From the NCBI RefSeq assembly GCF_009834535.1, contig NC_045696.1:17610001-17674000 (forward strand): DNA of 64,000 bases, read 5' to 3'. Positions 58,791 through 64,000 of the stretch are shown here, in pieces. This DNA is from Camelus ferus (taxonomy: Eukaryota). The notes under the pieces were generated by a model. It was not told the DNA's origin. It did no database searches and worked only from the letters and a program-made list of their open reading frames with translations. The position numbers were made by a program, and so were the translations under genes. Every line of letters begins with the position of its first letter. The stretch's first letter is position 1.

Positions 58791-61500
58791 ATCTACCCCT
58801 TGCACCACTCAGATCTACATATATATTTTAATAATTTTGCCTAATACTGGCATCTACCAGTTTCACTTTTATGTTCAGTGGAAAGAACTAAAATCCATGC
58901 TGCTGTAATTGATCTTGAGACGCTTTTTGGTAGTCATCCCCCTTGTCACTTAGCTCTGTTTCCCCTTGTGCCCCTGCTCATCTGTTTGGCTTGCCTGCTT
59001 GAGTGATCCCAGCCCTCATCACTGAGGGATTTGAGCCCCTGTCTAGCAAGTTTCATAGGACTCATGTTACATTCACTGTTGGGAGCATTCTCCCTCTGGG
59101 GACCAGAAAATATGGACCTGCAAAAAAAGAACAAATGCCCATTTGTGCCACTTGGAGAAATTTTAAGTAGTTATTCTCACTTTTATCTTTTTTTTTTTTT
59201 TTTGTCTCATTGATAACTCTACCTATTAAGAACACAGAAACATATACTGGCCCATGATTTAGGGTAATTATTTTGTCCTGGAAGATGCCCAGTCTTCAAA
59301 AAGTTATTGTTCTTAAGCTGGCATCTCACTTTTATTTACAAGTTCTAAGACACAAATGGCTACTGCATGGTGTAGAATGTGATAGGACCAAAATACCCCA
59401 GAGTTATTTACCTAATCAACCCCACACCCTCCCCCTTACTGTTGAATGGATCCCTTAGTCTTAGACCATGTTCTGTGAAATCCTCTGTTGTTGATTCTAC
59501 TCCCTGTAATTCCTTAAATATTGATATTGACCAAGGCCCTGTAGGTAGGGAAAGCAAACCCGTTCCTAGAATGTGTGTTGATCCTAGCGAACATAATCCA
59601 CTGCCTTTTCTAGGATGGGAAGGGTTCAATGCAATAATATTGCCGACAAGTGAGTGACTGGTCTACTTGAAGGATGAACACTGTAGGGACTAAGGATTGG
59701 TGTTCATGGTTGATCACCGAGCAGCGGCAGTAACTAGAGGAGTCTTGGTGAGTGGGAGCACACGCTGCTACAGAGCTGTACTCCATGTGCCTTCATCCCT
59801 GACTCAACGGTCACTTCATTCATGGACCCTTTGTGCCAGCTCTGGGCTGGCAGATGACAGAGGCTGGCTGACTTCAAGCAACATAGTGGTGGTTGCTAAT
59901 ATAAGCTACAAAGATCCTCCCCCTTCATGACCATTTCTGTAAGTCCAACTACGTGCCTCCTCCTCTCACTTTATCTTGCTTTATCTTTCCAGTCTTTGTT
60001 TCTCCTTTAAGACCCATGCCCGACTAGCTGGGCTAGTTGGCAGTTCTTGCCTCTAAGTCTGTGTACACACTTACCACGTGTCAGTTCTCTTTTCCTATAT
60101 ATTGGGTGGATAACTGGACGTACTGCTCATTATACCACATTGGGAGGCTTTCTCGTCACTGCAGTCTTTCAAGGCCTCCTGAGTGAGGCTGCAATACAAT
60201 AGCTTCCATTTTGGGATTGTACACGCTTACTGAGCTGACCCATTTTTGATGCCAGCTTGATTTTTTTGCGTCTTCCATCACCTGGTTAGAAGAAAACCCC
60301 TACAAAGCCATGGATTCTGGACTGAAAACTGGCTTACGTCTACACACCAGGCAAGGCACTGTGACACTTTATTTTGGTGACTATCTTCAGCCCTCTGATA
60401 ATTAATATTAGATTCCCACAGCTGCTCTAACAAACTACCCCAAACTCGGTGTCTTAAAACAAGACAAATTAATTTTCTTAGAGTTCTAGAGGCCAGAAGT
60501 CTAAAACAAGTTTAACTAGCCTGAAACCACGGCGACTGCAGGTCCTGCTCCCTCTGAAGACTCTGGGAGAGAATTTCTTCCCTTGCCTTTTCTGGCCTTT
60601 AGAGCTGTATTTCTTCCATTGCTGGACTTACGGCCCCTTCAAAGCTCTCAGCCTATCATCTTCAAATATTTTTCCTTTTGCTGATGTCACATTGCCTTCT
60701 CTCTTCTTAATTGTACCTCTCTCTACCTCCCTCTTACCTTTCACATCTTTGGGACTCATTATTCAGTCTATCACATTATCTGATCTTGACATCTTTTGAT
60801 AGTCTGCCCAACTGTCCTGTGTTTTGAGAAACACTGTGTTTTATTCAACTTCTCCTTGGCTGTGTATAGACAGAAATGCCCTGATTAGCACTCCACTCTG
60901 ATCCTAATTGGGATGTCTGCACTCACTTGCTTCTGCTGTTCAATACCATTTCTTAGTTTGTATCATTTTGAAATCTTACTATCCTCATTGCTATCAGGGA
61001 GCTCAGTTCTGAAATAACATTATCTATTCTCAGTCCTATGGAACCACCATTTGTGAACTTCTAAACCATTCTGATGCCTTGTCACTTCTGATCCTTTGAT
61101 GATCCTTTAATGTTCTGGTAAACATAATGTCCCCTGGATCTTACTGTGAGACACAATCAACAAAAGAGTTTCTTAGTCTACTTCTCTGAATTTTTGAAGC
61201 TATCCCTCAAGGCCATCATAATTCTGTCATTTCTGCTTCAATCAGCTGTGCACCATCAAGTCTTCCAAATTTTCAAGGGCCATCCTGGGGACCTATTAGA
61301 ATGGCCACCCAAGGTGTTTGCTAGGATGTTAAATCCTTCTTAAGCTGAAGCTTCAATACATGTTCCCTATGAAATATTGTCTAAGCCTGCCCTGCCTTCT
61401 TCCTCATTTGGAATTAATTACTCTCTATTCAATGGAGTGTGTTCCCAGTATTGATAACTAGTCTTTGTTAAACTTTGTATTGCAACCCTCTTATCTAGTA
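58791..61500 (-). mobile_element. Decayed ERVL (ERV3-16A3-like) internal region with pol remnants
   Basis: Minus-strand integrase remnant CIEPFPS*KRQWIMFARINTHSRNGFAFP (~59545-59640; cf. ERVL YIGPLPSWKGQRFVLTGIDTYSGYGFAFP) and RNase H remnants NGSAQ, LQPHS, LKDCSDEKASQ, VYTD (~60040-60260); far boundary uncertain. Confidence 0.8.
60404..60775 (-). mobile_element. MLT1 (D/E-like) LTR inserted into the ERVL internal region
   Basis: GCTGCTCTAACAAACTACCCCAAACT...CTTAAAACAA...GTTCTAGAGGCCAGAAGTC...CATTATTCAGTCTATCACA. Confidence 0.85.
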
Positions 61501-62004
61501 CCACAGAACCCAGTGCCTTAGACACTATTCTGTTGCTTAAAGACATATGTTAGCCACATCTTGCATTTTCTCCACACAATAATCCCTCATTCCCTAGCAA
61601 GCCCAACATAGCTGCCAGTTGGTCAAGTGGCCAGTAGGTAGTTTGAGGGTAGTTCCTGAAGGGGAGTAGAATTGTAAGATAAGAGGCATTTAAGGCATCA
61701 ACATGATCTGAATGCAAGAACGAGGGGGGGGATTATTGGTAGGAATTAAAATATAAGCATTTTAAAACAATAAGAAATCAAAGCAGATCCCCAAATAATG
61801 TTTATGAACAGTGTGTTTATGTGTGTCTGCTTTTGTGCATACATAAACTTCATGGGTACATATGTGTGCATGTGTGTATGTGTGTGCATGTGTGGTAATG
61901 TATATGTATAATGTGCTAATTCCAATAGTTCTGTCTTAGTCTAAGAGAAAATTCTATTTATTTAATTTATGAAGAAGACAGAGGAATTAAACTTTGACAA
62001 ACAT

Positions 62005-62878
62005 AGCTTATGGAATACTACTAGGCAATGAAAAGTAATACACCATTTAGACACACAACATCTTGGATGGATCTCAAAGTCAATACACTGAAAAAAAAAT
62101 TAGTCTCAAGAGGTGACATAATAAAGGATTCCCTTTACATAAAATGATTTAGATGACAAATTTATGGAGCTAGAAAGCAGATTAGTGGTTGTTAGAAAGG
62201 TTAAATGTTGAAGAGACCCAGGAAAGCTGAGGGTTTGGTTCCCATCTGAGTCTGAAGGTCAGGAGAGCGAGGAGAGCCAAGGCTGTAAGTTCCAGTCAAA
62301 ATTTGAATCCAGAGGCAGAAGACTGATGCCCCAGGTCACAGAGAGTCACACAAAGAGGAAGATATTGAGTCTTTTACTCAGCCTTTTATTCTACTAAGGT
62401 CATCTGTGGATGGGATGAGGCCCACCCTCACTAGGGAGGGCAGTCTGCTTTACCTGTCTACTGATTCAGATGTTAACCTCAATCCAGAATTTGCCTCATG
62501 GACACGCCCATAATAATGGTTCACCAAACAACCTGCCACCTCATGGCTCACTCAGGCTGATGTAGAAAATTACCCATCACAAGGGTAGAGTGAGGAAGTG
62601 AAGATGCCTGTGTCTCTAAAGAAGAAACTTGAGGGAGAGCTCTGTTGTGATAGAATATTCCTGTAACTCGATTGTTATGGTTATGAAACAAAGCCACACA
62701 TGTGATAAAATGGATCACATGCAACACACAGTGTCATACCAATGCCAATTTCCTGGTTTGGATAATGTGCTACAGTTGCTTACCTACTGTGAGAAGCTGG
62801 GTGAAAACTAAACCGATCTCTCTGTACTATTTCTTGAAAATGCTTATAAATCTATAATTACTTTTTAATTAAAAAATA
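62005..62878 (+). mobile_element. L1MC/L1MD-like 3' end, interrupted by MLT2B
   Basis: ATGGAATACTACTAGGCAATGAAAA...TGGATGGATCTCAA...CAGATTAGTGGTTG; resumes at 62582...GATCTCTCTGTACTATTTCTT...AATCTATAATTA. Confidence 0.8.
62210..62581 (-). mobile_element. MLT2B-like LTR, partial
   Basis: GAGACCCAGGAAAGCTG...GAGTCTGAAGG...GGATGAGGCCCACCCTCACTAGGGAGGGCAGTCTGCTTTAC...AAAATTACCCATCACA. Confidence 0.88.
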
Positions 62879-64000
62879 ACTTTTCACATTTCTTATTTAA
62901 AGTGTGATCAGATTGTTTCAAGCATTGAGAAAAAAAGCTATCTGAAAAGTCATATTCAAGATGCAATATAATATATACTGTATTTTTCTTAAGCATTGCC
63001 ATCCTAGTTAGCGAAATTATTAAATGTGACTTAACACGATATTAAAAACTTGTCAATGACCTGGAAATGAATGTTTGCAGTTCTCCAGAAGAGCATTTTA
63101 CTTAGTTCAAGTTTTTAAGTGTGTTTTATATATTTTTAAAATCTACAGACATTAAAGATAATTTCCTCTTTGGGATGGTTCAACGTATCTTGAAACCAAA
63201 TAGAGGTAGCAACCTGTTTTCCCAAAATCATACTTATTAGTTGTTGGGGTGATGTATGAGCTATTATCACGCTGGAAGGTGATTTGATGTCAGATTTAGT
63301 CCCAGGTTTCTATTATTCCCTGATTTTACAACAGAGTTGCTTGCCAATGGGAAGGATCCATTAGCCCACTGGGAATGAAAAGCAAAGAGGATTAGAAACT
63401 TGAAGCTAAGCTACCCGCATGGAACAGAGAGCAGACTAGGGAATTTTTTTTCTAAATGATTAAAACATATAGATGGCAATACAATTATAAGGGTTCTGTC
63501 TAAAGCAAAGGAGATTGCTTATCTGTAGTTGATGTTTGCTGACCTGACAGCCTTTTCAAGGGGAATCCAGGTCAACAGCTTTATCCACTGACTTTGATTT
63601 TTTCTTGCATTTGAGAGAAATGAAACAATAAGACACAAAACAAAAGGCGGTACTGCAGATGAAAACAAAAAAGTTACAATCTAAAGCTTTGGGTTTATAT
63701 CTTATGTTTTTCATGGTCCTAATCCACATGAGATGTAATTTCTGATTAATGCAATAGCGAGCAAATAAAGCAAACCTGAAGCATGAAAAAGTGAATTTTG
63801 CAATTACTGTAACAGAATAACCTCAGCAAGAACAGGGGTTTCCAGGTTGCTTATGTTTCTGGGAAATATTGACAAGTGGAAAGAGGGCTCTGGGGGTAAG
63901 CAGTTGCCTGAGTTTTATTCTCTTCTGTCTAACTTTTTAGTATCTTCTTAAATGTAAAAATTGAATGAAAACCTTCAGGGGTCACTGTTGTCTTTATAAA

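Noticed and set aside
61485..61503. Possible ERVL PBS (minus strand TGGTACTAG)
   Set aside because: The match is poor beyond 9 nt and no 5' LTR is recognisable next to it.
1..64000. CRISPR array, prokaryotic operon or defence system, or foreign/synthetic insert
   Set aside because: There are no regularly spaced repeat-spacer arrays, no ORF longer than 146 aa and no compositional block foreign to mammalian DNA.

Overview
AT-rich, CpG-depleted placental-mammal DNA, most likely from a camelid (camel, llama or alpaca). The basis is two tRNA-Ala-derived SINEs of the Vic-1 type, camelid/cetartiodactyl-style L1 3' ends, and no recognisable Alu, B1, Bov-A/BovB or SINEC. I find no intact protein-coding gene, so the window reads as intergenic or deep intronic. 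The only recognisable gene-derived sequence is a decayed, 5'-truncated processed pseudogene of RPS2 (~4269-4975, +). The rest is a typical set of interspersed repeats: L1, L2, MIR, MaLR and ERVL LTRs, an ERV1-type LTR with primer-binding site, a decayed ERVL provirus with RNase H and integrase remnants, and hAT/Tigger DNA transposons. There are also microsatellites and several repeat-free stretches with enhancer-like motifs or candidate exons. I see no credible evidence of a new biological system. The most notable observations are retrotransposition details (an 18-bp TSD around a probable short 3' transduction, a nested L1/SINE/SINE stack, a chimeric L1 end, an inverted L1 pair), an unassigned ~150-bp inverted-repeat element, and a few candidate exons. 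Repeat names come from recalled consensus sequences, not a database search, and most boundaries are approximate.
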